Below the pieces are notes generated by a model. It had not been told where the DNA came from. It saw only the letters and a program-made list of their open reading frames with translations, and did not search any database. 64,000 nt of DNA from Pholidichthys leucotaenia (Eukaryota): NCBI GenBank assembly GCA_020510985.1, contig CM035838.1, forward strand, positions 342,515,700 through 342,579,699, in the 5' to 3' direction. Positions 13,186 to 25,253 of the stretch are shown here, in pieces. Every line of letters starts with the position of its first letter. Position 1 is the stretch's first letter. The translations under genes and the position numbers were made by a program.

Positions 13186-14589
13186 GTGAGGACGGAGCTG
13201 AGGAAGATCAAGGTGAGGAAGGCGCCGGGACCGGACGGCATCAGCGCAAAGCTCCTCAAGTCCTGTGCAGACCAGCTGTGTGGGATTGTGACGTATATCT
13301 TCAACATGAGCCTGAAACTGGGGAGGGTACCACAGCTGTGGAAAACATCTTGTGTGGTACCTGTACCAAAAACTTCCCACCCCAAAGACCTGAACAGCTA
13401 CAGACCGGTGGCCTTGACGTCCCACTTGATGAAGACCCTGGAGAGACTGCTCCTTGCTCACCTCCGCCCCCTGGTGGAACCAGCGATGGATCCACTCCAG
13501 TTCGCCTACCAGCATGGCATTGGGGTGGAGGATGCGGTGATCTTCCTCCTTCACCGTTCTCTGTCCCACCTGGAGAAGCCCGGGAATATGGTGAGGATCA
13601 TGTTCTTTGACTTCTCCAGTGCTTTCAACACCATCCAACCGATGATCCTGAAGGACAAGCTGCTGCGCGCAGGGGTGGACCAGCACCTGTCATCATGGAT
13701 CCTGGACTACCTCACGAACCGGCCTCAGTTTGTGAGAACCCGGGACTGTGTGTCCAACACGATCATCAGTAGCACGGGGGCCCCCCAGGGAACGGTGCTG
13801 GCTCCCTTCCTGTTCACTCTTTATACTGCGGACTTCTCACACAACACAACACACTGCCATCTACAGAAGTTCTCTGATGACTCTGCGATCGTTGGCCTCA
13901 TCTCCAATGGAGATGAAGCTGAGTACAGAGGGCTTATCCAGGACTTCGTGGACTGGTGCCATCGGAACTGCCTCCAGATCAACGTGAGGAAAACTAAGGA
14001 GCTGGTGGTGGACTGCCGCAGGCATGGGCAGCCCCTCACAGTACCAGTAAATATACAGGGAACAGACATCGAGATGGTGACATCCTATAAGTACCTGGGT
14101 ATTCATCTGAACAATAAACTAGACTGGTCACACAATACTGATGCACTCTACAAGAAGGGACAGCGCAGGCTGTTCCTGCTGAGGAGACTCAGGTCTTTTG
14201 GTGTACAAGGGGCGCTGCTGAAGTCATTCTATGACACGGTGGTGGCATCAGCCATCACTTTTGGAGTGGTCTGCTGGGGCAGTGGCATTACTGCAGCCGA
14301 TAGGAAGAGACTGAACAAACTGATTAAGAAAGCTAGCTCTGTCCTGGGGCAGCGCCTTGATCCGATGGAGGAGATAGGAGAGAGAAGGACGGTGGCTAAA
14401 CTGTCATCTCTGCTGGAGTCCGAGTTCCACCCTATGCAGGACATACTGGATGCACTGAGGAGCTCATTTAGCAGCAGACTACATCATCCCAGGTGCACAA
14501 CCGAGAGGTTTCGTAGGTCCTTCCTACCAACGGCTGTCAGACTGTACAACCTAAGCAGGGCTGCTCGCAGAGATAGCAAAAAGACGTAA
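13186..14589 (+). CDS. LINE reverse transcriptase
   Basis: FFDFSSAFNTIQP, FSDDSAIVGL (FADD-like) and a C-terminal ...SFLPTAVRLYN. Confidence 0.85.
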   Translation: MRTELRKIKVRKAPGPDGISAKLLKSCADQLCGIVTYIFNMSLKLGRVPQLWKTSCVVPVPKTSHPKDLNSYRPVALTSHLMKTLERLLLAHLRPLVEPAMDPLQFAYQHGIGVEDAVIFLLHRSLSHLEKPGNMVRIMFFDFSSAFNTIQPMILKDKLLRAGVDQHLSSWILDYLTNRPQFVRTRDCVSNTIISSTGAPQGTVLAPFLFTLYTADFSHNTTHCHLQKFSDDSAIVGLISNGDEAEYRGLIQDFVDWCHRNCLQINVRKTKELVVDCRRHGQPLTVPVNIQGTDIEMVTSYKYLGIHLNNKLDWSHNTDALYKKGQRRLFLLRRLRSFGVQGALLKSFYDTVVASAITFGVVCWGSGITAADRKRLNKLIKKASSVLGQRLDPMEEIGERRTVAKLSSLLESEFHPMQDILDALRSSFSSRLHHPRCTTERFRRSFLPTAVRLYNLSRAARRDSKKT

Positions 14590-14699
14590 CAAACTAATAG
14601 TTTTTTGAATGCAAAAGATGCAATAGACTTACACAATGGTCCCCTCCGGCATACAACTAGGAACATACCGGTCGCTATGGAGGGTGAGAATATGTATGG

Positions 14700-15060
14700 G
14701 CACATAATCATACCATGTAGGATAACTAAGTAGACGGTTATGCTGTTTCATTCCATCTAGCAACAATGCTCTGCACTGTGTGTGTTTATATATTTACATA
14801 TTTATTCCATCTAGCTACAATGCTCAGCACTGGGTGTGTTTATATATTTATATATCTACATATTATTCCATCTAGCTACATTGCTCCGCACTGTGTGTGT
14901 TTATATACTTGCATATTTATTCCACCTAGCTGCAATGCTCCGTACTGTGGGTGTTTATATATTTACATATTTATTCCATCTAGCTACAATGCTCTGCACT
15001 GTGTGTTCATATATTCATATATTTATTCCATCCAGCTACAATGCTCTGCACTGTGTGTCT
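14700..15060 (+). repeat. 56-bp tandem satellite (about 6 units: ttccatctagctacaatgctc.gcactgtgtgtgtttatatatttacatatttat) inside the LINE 3'UTR, followed by (gt)n and (ta)n
   Basis: Direct visual periodicity. There are 3 units in LINE copy B (47700-47860). Confidence 0.8.
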
Positions 15061-15247
15061 GTGTGTGTGTGTATATATATATATTTTATAGTAATATGTA
15101 CATATGTATATTAGCTGCTCTTGCTTGCTTGTTTTTTTTCTTGCCTTCTGATTGTTGCTCTGAGTGTTGCTATCCCTGTGCTGTTGCAATCCTGGAATTT
15201 CCCCGTTGTGGGACTAATAAAGGCTTATCTTATCTTATCTTATCTTA

Positions 15248-15271
15248 TACATATGTACATATTACTATAAA

Positions 15272-15308
<37 letters not shown>

Positions 15309-15830
15309 GTGCAGAGCATTGTAGCTGGATGGAATAAATATATGAATATATGAACACACAGTGCAGAGCATTGTAGCTAGATGGAATAAATATGTAAATA
15401 TATAAACACCCACAGTACGGAGCATTGCAGCTAGGTGGAATAAATATGCAAGTATATAAACACACACAGTGCGGAGCAATGTAGCTAGATGGAATAATAT
15501 GTAGATATATAAAAACACAGTGCGGAGCATTGTAGCTAGATGGAATAAATATATAGATATATAAATATAAACACACCCAGTGCAGAGCATTGTAGCTAGA
15601 TGGAATAAATATGTAAATATATAAACACACACAGTGCAGAGCATTGTTGCTAGGTGGGATGAAACAGCATAACCGTCTACTTAGTTATCCTACATGGTAT
15701 GATTATGTGCCCATACATATTCTCACCCTCCATAGCGACCGGTATGTTCCTAGTTGTATGCCGGAGAGGACCATTGTGTAAGTCTATTGCATCTTTTGCA
15801 TTCAAAAAAAAAAAAAAAAAAAACTATTAG
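15248..15830 (-). mobile_element. Inverted LINE 3'UTR fragment (stop-proximal part with the 56-bp satellite; lacks the terminal 135 bp)
   Basis: Reverse complement of 14590-15110. Together with 14590-15110 it forms a palindrome with arms of about 520 bp. Confidence 0.8.
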
Positions 15831-17682
15831 CTGTGGTTTATCACATCTTTGGAAAGCTGAGCTTAATGTCTGTAGCCACACCCAGGCCTGATTTCTGCCA
15901 CACCTGTTCTCAATCACGAAATCACTTAAATAGGACCTGCCTGACAAAGTGAAGTACACCAAAAGATCCTCAAAAGCTAGACATCATGCTGTGATCCAAA
16001 GAAATTCAGGAACAAATGAGAAAAAGTAATTGAGATCTATCAGTCTGGAAAAGGTTGTAAAGCCATTTCTAAAGCTTTAGGACTCCAGCGAACCACAGTG
16101 AGAGCCATTATCCACAAATGGCAAAAACATGGAACAGTGGTGAACCTCCCCAGGACTGGCTGGCTGGCCAAAATTACCCCAAGAATGCAGCAACGACTCA
16201 TCCAAGAGGTCACAAAAGACCCCACAACAACATCCAAAGAACTGCAGGCCTCACTTGCCTCAGTTAAGGTCAGCGTTCATGACTCCACCATAAGAAAGAG
16301 ACTGGGCAAAAATAGTCTGCATGGCAGAGTTCCAAGACAAAAACCACTGTTGAGCAAAAAGAACATAAAAGCTTGTCCCAGTTTTGCCAGAAAAAAATCC
16401 TGACGATCCCCAAGACTTTTGGGAAAATACTCTGTGGACTGACGAGACAAAAGTTGAACTTTTTGGAAGGTGTGTGTCCCATTACATCCGGCATAAAAGT
16501 AACAGCATTTTGGAAAAGGAACATCATACAAATAGTAAAATATGGTGGTGGTGGTAGTGTCATGGTCCGGGGCTGTTTTGCTGCTTCAGGGACCTGGAAG
16601 ACTTGCTGTGGTAAATGGAACCATGAATTCCACTGTCTACCAAAAATTCTTGAAGGAGAATGTCCAGCCATCTGTTCGTGACCTCAAGCTGAAGCGCACT
16701 TGGGTTCTGCAGCAGGACAATGATCCAAAACACACCAGCAAGTCCACCTCTGAATGGCTTAAGAAAAACAAAATGAAGACTTTGGAGTGGCCTAGTCAAA
16801 GTCCTGACCTGAATCTGATTGAGATGCTGTGGCATGACTTTAAAAAGGCACTTCATGCTCAAAAACCCTCCAATGTGGCTGAAATACAACAATTATGCAA
16901 AGATGAGTGGGCCAAAATTCCTCCACAGCGCTGTAAAAGACGCAGTGCCAATTAACGTAAACACTTGATTGCAGTTGTTGCTGCTAAGGGTGGCCCAGCC
17001 AGTTATTAGGTTTAGAGGGCAATCACTTTTTAACACAGGGCCATTTAGGTTTGGATTTTTTCCCTTAATAATAAACACCTTCATTTAAAAACTGCATTTT
17101 TGTGTTTACTTGTGTTATCTTTGTCTAATATTTAAATTTGTTTGATGATCTGAAATATTTAAGTGTGACAAACTTACAAAAAAATGAGAAATCAGGAAGG
17201 GGGCAAACACTTTTTCCCGCCACTGTATATTTTCATCAAGAGAAGTGAAAAAGGCATCTAGAAGCTTTTTTTAATGTGCCATGTTCCTTAAAAATGGTGG
17301 AGTCTTTAAATCAAAGACTATATACCTACATTACTGTGCAAAAGTCTTGAACCACCCCTCATTTTTTAATTACTGCCAGGAAAATGGGAAATAAATGCTG
17401 ATGTTTGCTAAAACACACAAAATACAGCATTTAGGGGAGAAACCTTTTGTACAATTCAAACAAACCTTCTAGTCAATATTTATGATTACCCCTTTGATTC
17501 TTCAGCACAGTCTGAACTCTTATTCAGCCTTCTTGTAACTTCTTCAAATGTTAAATTTTATCGATTTTTTTTTAAATAAATATTTTACAAAATAAATGAG
17601 CTGACTCCCCCCACCCCCCACTGTTGTGCAAAGAACAAAGTCCAACAACCTGTCTTTAGTACCCGACTCAGTGCTCGCTTAC

Positions 17683-17880
17683 CAGTTGTAGGAGAGCTGC
17701 AGCTGCAGGCGGGCGTGGTCAGCCGTCTCAATGGTGATGATGTCAGTGAAAAAGTCTGGTCCCAACAGGAGGCAGACAGACTTGTTGACATTAGCCCTCT
17801 TGGGTTTGTCCCCAGACAGTGACAGCACGGTGAACTGCTCATCAGGTCCCAGCATCACCATCTCGGGTCCAAACACCACC
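17683..17880 (-). CDS. mvp: MVP exon: (R)[65 protein letters not shown](W)
   Basis: Acceptor cttgactgcag, donor TG|gtaagc. Matches human [66 protein letters not shown]. Confidence 0.9.
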
Positions 17881-17983
17881 CTGCAGTCAAGACCATCGAC
17901 AGTTTAACTGCTTTATTAAACCCCTAAACACACACACACACACACACACACACACCCCAGAGCAGCAGGGCGGGAGGTCCCAC

Positions 17984-18219
17984 CTAGCCTTCTTCTCTCT
18001 GTAGTCATACACCTGGACGGCAGCATTGTGGGGGACCCTGTAGGAGATCACCATGGTCTTGTTTCTTGCCTCTACGTCTTGTGACCTGTTACGATCCGAG
18101 CGGTCAGCCAGAGGGTCGATGCGGGCTGACAGCAGGGCCTCAACTTTAGGAGGGAGCTCCTTCTCCCACAGCTCCTCGTCTTGAGTCAGCATGTAGGTGT
18201 GTCCGATCACTGCACGCAC
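17984..18219 (-). CDS. mvp: MVP exon: [78 protein letters not shown](R)
   Basis: Acceptor cctccag|GTGCGT, donor AG|gtggga. Matches human [30 protein letters not shown]...[24 protein letters not shown]. Confidence 0.9.
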
Positions 18220-20014
18220 CTGGAGGCCGGACGACACGCTGGGGTCAGTTAACACAGCAAGGGGGCTTTTTATTTTAGCTTTATTTTATTCCAAATGCAG
18301 TGAATCCACGCAGCACATTATAAATCAGTGCACCTTTTCAACAAGACTTTTGTAGAAAGTTGAGCTCAAGTGATTTCTCCTTGGAAAGAAGATGAATTCT
18401 TAAAGTCACACAGTGGAGTGAGAGTTATCCTTTACGTCGGACATGCTCATGCACACAATACACCAATACTGAAGCAACCCTCCACTTGTCAAAATAACTG
18501 TATGGTTATGTTTAGTTCATAAAGGGGAGCACTTTAAATCCCACACCTTTTCATTTCAACAAGCGTTTAAAAACCAAAAAGCTTTGAACTTGAGAGCTTC
18601 TAAAGAGATTCCACTAAGCTCAGAATGAGGATCACTTTTTTTTTTTTTTTTTAAATACAGTCAACATTACATTTGTAAAGGGTCCATAACACACTTTAAA
18701 TCATGACTTATCTACAGTGTTACAACACTGACTTATCACTTAAAAGGTGCCAAAGGATCAAAAAAATTCAAGGTTTATGTATGTGGTTGTAATTCTATTA
18801 AAAATAAAACACATTTTGCACAAGACTTCTTGCAAGACTTGCACACTATGATGTCTGAGTGGCTGATTTATCTCATCGTCATGTTTCCAGGCAGCCTGCG
18901 CCTAAGACAGTGGCAGTGTTCCAATCTACATACTGGAGTTAGCTTAGCGGCTCACTAGGGTTATTATGGCTCTTCTCTGTAAAACCTAGTCACCTGAGAC
19001 ATCCGTGTTTTTGTTTTTTTTAAAATCCCAATCTTCATTCTGGCCCATTTTGTAATTTTGGCATGGGAAATCACGTCGTTAGCATAGTCTGCACAACAGC
19101 ACGAGTCCACATGACAGCACAGTTTATGGCAATTTTTTTACTTGACTATCCCAATAGTCGGCACAGCCCTGCAAGTCATTCCACCAGTGTTAGCTTTGCT
19201 GGCTGATGGTGGGTAGTCCATTTTGGAAATTCTTCTGTATAATCTATACACCCCACTAGACATCCATGATCCCAGCTGGATCATCTACATACTTAATTGC
19301 TAGATTTTATTTTACTACAGTGTATTATATACTGGATGGGATGACTCCTCCACCAGCAGTGTTCAGCTTCCGTTAAACTTTCACTCATTCAGATCTAATT
19401 TCACTCCGTCATATCTGATTAACCCCTCAAACCACACATCCCTGTCTCTGAAAATGCTCTTTACAGCTTTTACATAATCACAGTGTACCATCTTTATGTT
19501 ATACCCCCTTTACACAGGAGTGGAGATCATTGAGAGATCACTGAGAGATGTGGCCAATTTTTGATCGATCTTCAGTGTTCTCCGCAGTCTCGTCAACGTT
19601 TTGGCTCAGGCTCATCACACACAAAGATCTCCCAAACATCAAAAACTGGTCCAGTCTCTCCATGATCTTCGTGCTCAGACCATGCTCACCACCAAAGCCA
19701 CTGGCCAACATTTGCCTCAATATGGCCGCCTCGGTAACTGATAAACTGATGAAAGAGTTGGGGTGAACTGGGGCTCACGAGCATTTAAAGCAAAATGCAC
19801 CAAAACAGGTCATTATGAGAAAGGGTGCTTAAGCTTCTTGGAACTTGGTGCTGCAATATTTAATCACTGAGGTGTTCTGACCAAAGCATATCAGACATTT
19901 CAGTAATACCTCTGGGAACTGTCAATGTGGGAAACCAGACTTGATATATGCACCGACATGTGGATTACTGCATAGAATTGTGACTCAAAATTGACATTTT
20001 AGAGCTCTGAATAT

Positions 20015-20391
20015 GCAGGGCAGCACAGTGGCGCAGTGGTTAGCACTGTGTCAGCACAGCAAGGTCATGGGTTCAATCCCACCTCCAGACCATCGGTGAC
20101 CCTTCTGTGTGGAGTTTGCATGTTCTCCCCATGTCTGCGTGGGTTTACTCCGGATACTCCAGTTTCCTCCCACAGGCCAAAGACATGCAGGTGAGGTTAA
20201 TTGTCATCAGCTGGGGATTCTAAATTGTCCTTAGGTATGACTGTGAGAGTGAATGGTTGTCTGTCTCTGTGTTGGCTCTGCGATGGACTGGAGATCTGTC
20301 CAGGGTGTACCCTGCCTCTTGTCCAAAAGATGCTGGGATAAGCTCCAGCCCCCGCGACCCGAAGAGGATTAAACAGAAGAAGACGAATGGA
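20015..20391 (+). mobile_element. tRNA-derived SINE with 7-bp TSD TGAATAT
   Basis: tRNA-like head ggcagcacagtggcgcagtggttagcac...gggttcaatccc. The body is shared with the copies at 38908-39232 (minus strand), 43099-43483 and 44383-44500. TGAATAT flanks both ends (20008-20014 and 20392-20398). Confidence 0.75.
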
Positions 20392-20682
20392 TGAATATTC
20401 ACCCTTTTATTTTTCAAGTAGTCACAGCTCTGACAGCATTGTCTCCAGCTTGTTCTGAGCTCTTAAATTAGAAGCACTCAATATCTTAAATCATTTAGAT
20501 TCAATTCATACCAATTCTCAGTGGTCTGTCTTGTAGCTTTCATCACCATTCTAAATAAAAAGGTATCCCTCTGTGACATTTTGTTTTCAAGTCCAGATCA
20601 CAATTACTGAATGTTTTTGGGTTTTGTTTTTTTTTTTTTTTTTAAAAACTTAAAGACCTCCATCAGTTCCTGAAACTCCTAC

Positions 20683-20901
20683 CTTTCCTGTTTTGATGTC
20701 CCTGACGTAGATGCCCTCGTTCTCGTCCAGTGGAATTGCATGACGCTTCACCAGCACCTCCACTTGGGCAGGCGGCACATACTCAATAGGGCCTCGCAGC
20801 ATCCAGCGGTCTCCAGGGCGACGGAGAATTCCACCCCTCCGAGAGCGCTTGGCTCTCTGGCTGGACTCCTCGGCAGCCTCCTCTTCTTCCTCTTCCTCTT
20901 G
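20683..20901 (-). CDS. mvp: MVP exon: [73 protein letters not shown]
   Basis: Acceptor preceded by a long pyrimidine tract (ccctctctctctcccgttctctctgccag), donor AAG|gtagga. Matches human ...[42 protein letters not shown]. Confidence 0.85.
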
Positions 20902-23046
20902 CTGGCAGAGAGAACGGGAGAGAGAGAGGGCGAGGACGGAGAGAAGGGTTAACGTGGCGATGCATTGGAGTGGGGGAGGGGAAGGAGGAGAGGGGACTGG
21001 AGAGAGGCACTGGGTGAAGTCAAATAAACGGAAGGGAGCAAGAAAAGAAATCGTGAAGCGGGATGGTGGTTTAATGAAGAATGTGTTAGAAGATCAGAGG
21101 GCAGGGAGTGGAGTTAAAGGACGGGACAGAAGGAGAGAACGAGGGTAATACTTGTTAGGAAGGAGAGATGGGGCAACGAGGGACAGAATCACCTGGGTTT
21201 GACCAAAGAAGTCCACATTTCAATGGGTAGGGAGCTATGCAACAGAAGGCTACTGCCCGTTAATTACTCAAGCTGTTAGATGCTAAACTGAGCCAAGAGG
21301 TGAGAGGAAACCTGGCTTAAGTGGAGCCAGTGGGTTAAAAAAACAAAACAAGGAAAAACCTAGGTGACAAATTAGTTGTGGCTGTCATGTACAGTCAGTC
21401 GCCATGTCTGCAGTCTTCGTTTACTGTGATAATCAATCAGCGCGTTTATAAAAGAGATCTGTGTGCACTGAGGTCAAAGAGCCTGATTTTGAACAGTCAA
21501 AATACTTCATGTAATCTGAACAAATCCAGCACTGAATATATATATATAAAAAGGTCAGTGTGTTAATCAATCCTCATTCACCAATGAAGACCACTGGGAC
21601 CAAACATCAGCACGCTTTATTGGCCTGGCCCAATTAAAGTGGTAAAGTCAGAATAGTTGACTTTGTCTTCAGGCTCTGTGTGCGCTACCTTCTTACCTTT
21701 GCATACTCAGCACTGGAATGTATTGTGTTTGTTTAGCACCACAGAATCATTTTGGGTAGGGCATCTTCTGTAAGGAACCATGTCATGTGAACAAAGGTCT
21801 TGACAGAACTGCTAACCAGAGATTGCAGAAAGATCGAAGTACAGTTTTAGAGGCGATAAGATTTACCTCCCCGTTCAAACTTTGAACCTATAACTCAAGC
21901 GACCGCTTCTACAATGATCTGGAGCAAAGGATGCGGGGGAAGAAAGATGTGGTTTGAGGGAGAGTTTTAAAAGGAAAAATGCGCCACACAGTTATCACTA
22001 CACTTCCAGAATTATCAGTCGTCAGTAGATGAGGATAAGCGTCCCATGAGCCACGAGACAGGGCTCAGAGTCACGACAGATGTTTACCACTGGATTTAGT
22101 GTAAATAAATGACAAATTAGCACACTGACTGGTCACAATGCAGTCATCAATTCTAACCCACACTCTACTACTAAGAATTCATCTACCTATAATCTACTCC
22201 CTTTAACTCAAAACACTCCTCAGTGCAGCTGGGAGTGGTTTTCACATAAACCTTCAGCTCCATACCTGGCTTCAGAGAAGCTCTTTAGCGTAATACGCCT
22301 CAGCAATCATTCCTTCTGATCAACCGGTTACATGGGAGCGGCTTGCCCGACTAAACACGACAATCTTTCTACCTCCACCCTTCATTCTGGTTTGTCTACT
22401 TTACCAACTCTCCCCACAAAGTCGGGAAAACACTGCTAGACACAATTTTAGCTTCAGAAATAGCAAAACAATTTTTTTTTTTTTTTAAACTATCACACTA
22501 CAAGGCTCCAACTTATTTCCAACAAAAACTTTTACTCAAGTACATACTGCACATCTGGTAGTATTCTGAGTTGGTATAGATTTCACCGATTTTAAGACGG
22601 TATAAAATGTGCTCATTTATACTGTAATAAACAGAAACAACTGCATCTTTAATAATTTTAATGAATTGAACAAGATAAATCTTTTACGAACCCTGGTGAA
22701 CCCCGACAACCGCAACAATCGTGAACGTTTATTAGCATTTGCCACACTAGGAGGCCGGGGCTTTACTTATACTTGAGTAATTAATTTAAAGAGGAAATGC
22801 TACTGTTCCAGGAGTACAACTGCTGGGTCCTCTTCCAGCTTCTGCAGCAGAGCTTTAGGGACAGTGCTGCACTAAAATCCTGCAGGTGATATGCTTAAGC
22901 CACATGTGGCCTGAGTTTTGTTATCCAGATTCAGCCACACGACTTGCACCCCTGGACCCACTATGCAACACAAAACAAAAAAAACAAAAACAAAAAGACA
23001 AGTGAATCGGGGTCTTTCTGAAGTACGATTTTAAATAGCTCCTCAC

Positions 23047-23172
23047 CTCGTCAGCATCGTAAAAGGCCTCCACAGCTCCCAGCACCAGTCCCTCCTCCTC
23101 AGACAGCACATACACGTCCTGGATCCCCTTTTCCAGCTGCTCCCCAGGCTGCAGGAAGAATGAGCGCTCACC
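23047..23172 (-). CDS. mvp: MVP exon: [42 protein letters not shown]
   Basis: Acceptor catcttcag, donor GACGAG|gtgagg. Matches human [31 protein letters not shown]. Confidence 0.9.
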
Positions 23173-24233
23173 CTGAAGATGATCACAGAAAGGTTAGTCA
23201 ACCCTGGCATGGCATATGCAACAAAATACAGCTTAAACTTTATAAAAGTTATCTTTCTAGGCGTCATTTTAGGCAAGTAATGATAAAAAATATCCAATGG
23301 TTCTCCATTATTTTCAACTTTCAGCAATGAAACGACCCCAGTGACCAAGCTGACATACCAAACATCTGTACATCAGTGGCCCCTAATGAGAACTGATCAA
23401 CATCAAATGTGTGGGAAAAATACACGTCCCTCTGCCCAAAAATGGAATCCCTCATTTCAGTCGAAACTTCTGTATAAAGAGGAAGCCAATGCAATCAGAA
23501 ATGTAGAAGTTATACTGGTGACAATATAAAATGGAGTGAAAAGGTAAACCTTTTTTTAAGTTCTAGCCACAATAATTTTTCTACTGATGTCCGAGCTTAA
23601 TTCTGCTTAGCTTGGTGAGACTATGCCACATTTTTGTTTAGCCATTTCACTTAATCTACGTTTTTATTCACTTAACCTTCTGCTAATAATTTAAACGTTT
23701 GTGGAAATGTGGAAATGTGAAAATGACGAGGCAGAGTTTATCTCACGAGTCAGGTTTATTCACATCTTCCAACATCAGCAAAGCAGAAAGAGGAAAAAAC
23801 ATAGACATTCGTCCTTTATATATCCAGGACCTTCAAAGCTCACAGTCACATTGCCTTTAATCACAAGTAACAGTGCATCTTCTCTGAGATCCCATAACCC
23901 CCACATAGTCTCTGGCAGACCAGGAAATCCCCCCGTCTCTTGCATACCAAAGACTAAATTTTCACATCCTCCTGTTATCTCCAAGGAGACCCAGTTCTTT
24001 GTTCTCTCTGAGATGTGAAGCTTAAAGTGATACACATGCGTCCCACATGACCCCCCCAAACATCTAAGATGGAACAACAGAATAACAGTTTGCATGTCAT
24101 GATAAAATCATTACACATTAACCCACGTGCTGCTTGGGCCTCAGTCTCCTCCCATATCTGCTGTAAGCGGGCTTTGCCACTTCTGCGGCGCCATCCCGCT
24201 GGGGCGCTGCTGTCTTGGGGTGAGAACTGTTCG

Positions 24234-25253
24234 TCACTCCCTGTGGGTGTTCTGGGGAATGTCCCTGGGGGGGGGGGGGGGGGGGGTCTGCCCTGCCCTG
24301 GCCAACAGCACACCCTCGTCCGCCACCACAAAGGCGGGTTTGAGCCTGTTTATGCCAATCTTTTCCTTCCTGCCACCCAAATCTAGCAAAAAATGTTTGT
24401 CCCCTGTTTCCAGCACTCTAAATGGTCCATCATAAGGTGGTCGCAGCGGTGGGCGATGGGCATCATGTCTGACAAAAACAAATTCCGCGTTTTTCAAAGC
24501 CTCAGGCACAAAAACGCACGGAAAACTGTGGTGAACGGGGCCAGGCAGCGTGCCCGATTCTGTGCCACGCTGCAACCGCTGAGATGGGGAGCTATCTGGC
24601 ACAGGGTTATCTGGGAGAAACTCCCCGGGCAGTCGAAGTGGTTGCGCAAAAACTAGCTCAGCCGGGGAGGCTTCCAAGTCCTCTTTAGGTGCAAAATGCA
24701 ACCCCAATAAAACCCACGGTAGCCTGTCCACCCAATTTGCATCCGTCAGCGACGCTCTGAGAGCCGCTTTCAATGACCTATGAAAACGTTCGCATAACCC
24801 ATTAGCCTGCGGACTGTACGTGGTTGTGCGGTGGATCGTTACCCCCAGGCTGCGGGCCATTGCTGACCAAAGTTCGGAAACAAATTGAGGGCCTCTGTCG
24901 GACGTAATGTCCGACGGGACTCCAAAGCGCGCTACCCATGCTGTTAAAAACGCGCGCGCCACCTCCTCGGCTGTGGTTGACGCCAGTGGGACCACTTCCG
25001 GCCAGCGCATGGTGCGGTCCACCATTGTCAGGAGGTATGTGCACCCCTGTGACGGTGGGAGGGGGCCTACGAGGTCCACGTGAACATGATCGAACCTCTT
25101 AGCCGGGATGTGAAACGGCTCCAAGGGAGCTTTCGTGTGTTTGTGTACCTTGGCTCGTTGACAAGCCATGCAGGCTGCCGCCCACTCCTTAACTTGTTTG
25201 CGCAGGCTCGGCCATACAAATTTCTCTCCTACCATTTTGACCGACGCGCGCAC
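24234..25253 (-). CDS. Retrotransposon integrase
   Basis: [28 protein letters not shown] and ITSDRGPQF. Confidence 0.8.
   Translation of the reverse strand: MRASVKMVGEKFVWPSLRKQVKEWAAACMACQRAKVHKHTKAPLEPFHIPAKRFDHVHVDLVGPLPPSQGCTYLLTMVDRTMRWPEVVPLASTTAEEVARAFLTAWVARFGVPSDITSDRGPQFVSELWSAMARSLGVTIHRTTTYSPQANGLCERFHRSLKAALRASLTDANWVDRLPWVLLGLHFAPKEDLEASPAELVFAQPLRLPGEFLPDNPVPDSSPSQRLQRGTESGTLPGPVHHSFPCVFVPEALKNAEFVFVRHDAHRPPLRPPYDGPFRVLETGDKHFLLDLGGRKEKIGINRLKPAFVVADEGVLLARAGQTPPPPPPRDIPQNTHRE

Larger units (their letters stand above)
11653..15247 (+). mobile_element. Full-length LINE (endonuclease plus RT in one ORF; possibly Rex1-like, CR1 superfamily), copy A
   Basis: The short 5'UTR (tatatcacggacacacagatcg) is shared with copy B. 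There are ORFs with an APE-type endonuclease and an RT. The 3'UTR contains 56-bp tandem repeats and ends in cttatcttatcttatctta. Confidence 0.8.
11146..17228 (+). mobile_element. Tc1-like DNA transposon, about 1.6 kb, interrupted by a 4.4-kb LINE-derived insertion between 11391 and 15830
   Basis: Terminal inverted repeats (TIRs) tacagtggtgtgaaaaagtg...gtgattgccccc at 11146-11390 and the reverse complement at 16990-17228. The transposase region 15960-16960 (ITPRMQQRLIQEVTKDPTTTSKELQASLA...; [50 protein letters not shown]) is frameshifted. Collinear with the uninterrupted copy at 52937-54507. Confidence 0.8.

Noticed and set aside
14766-15644. ORFs of 92-195 aa (MLCTVCVYIFTYLFHLATML...).
   Set aside because: They are translations of the 56-bp LINE 3'UTR satellite and its inverted copy. 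The sequence is periodic and low-complexity, not a gene.
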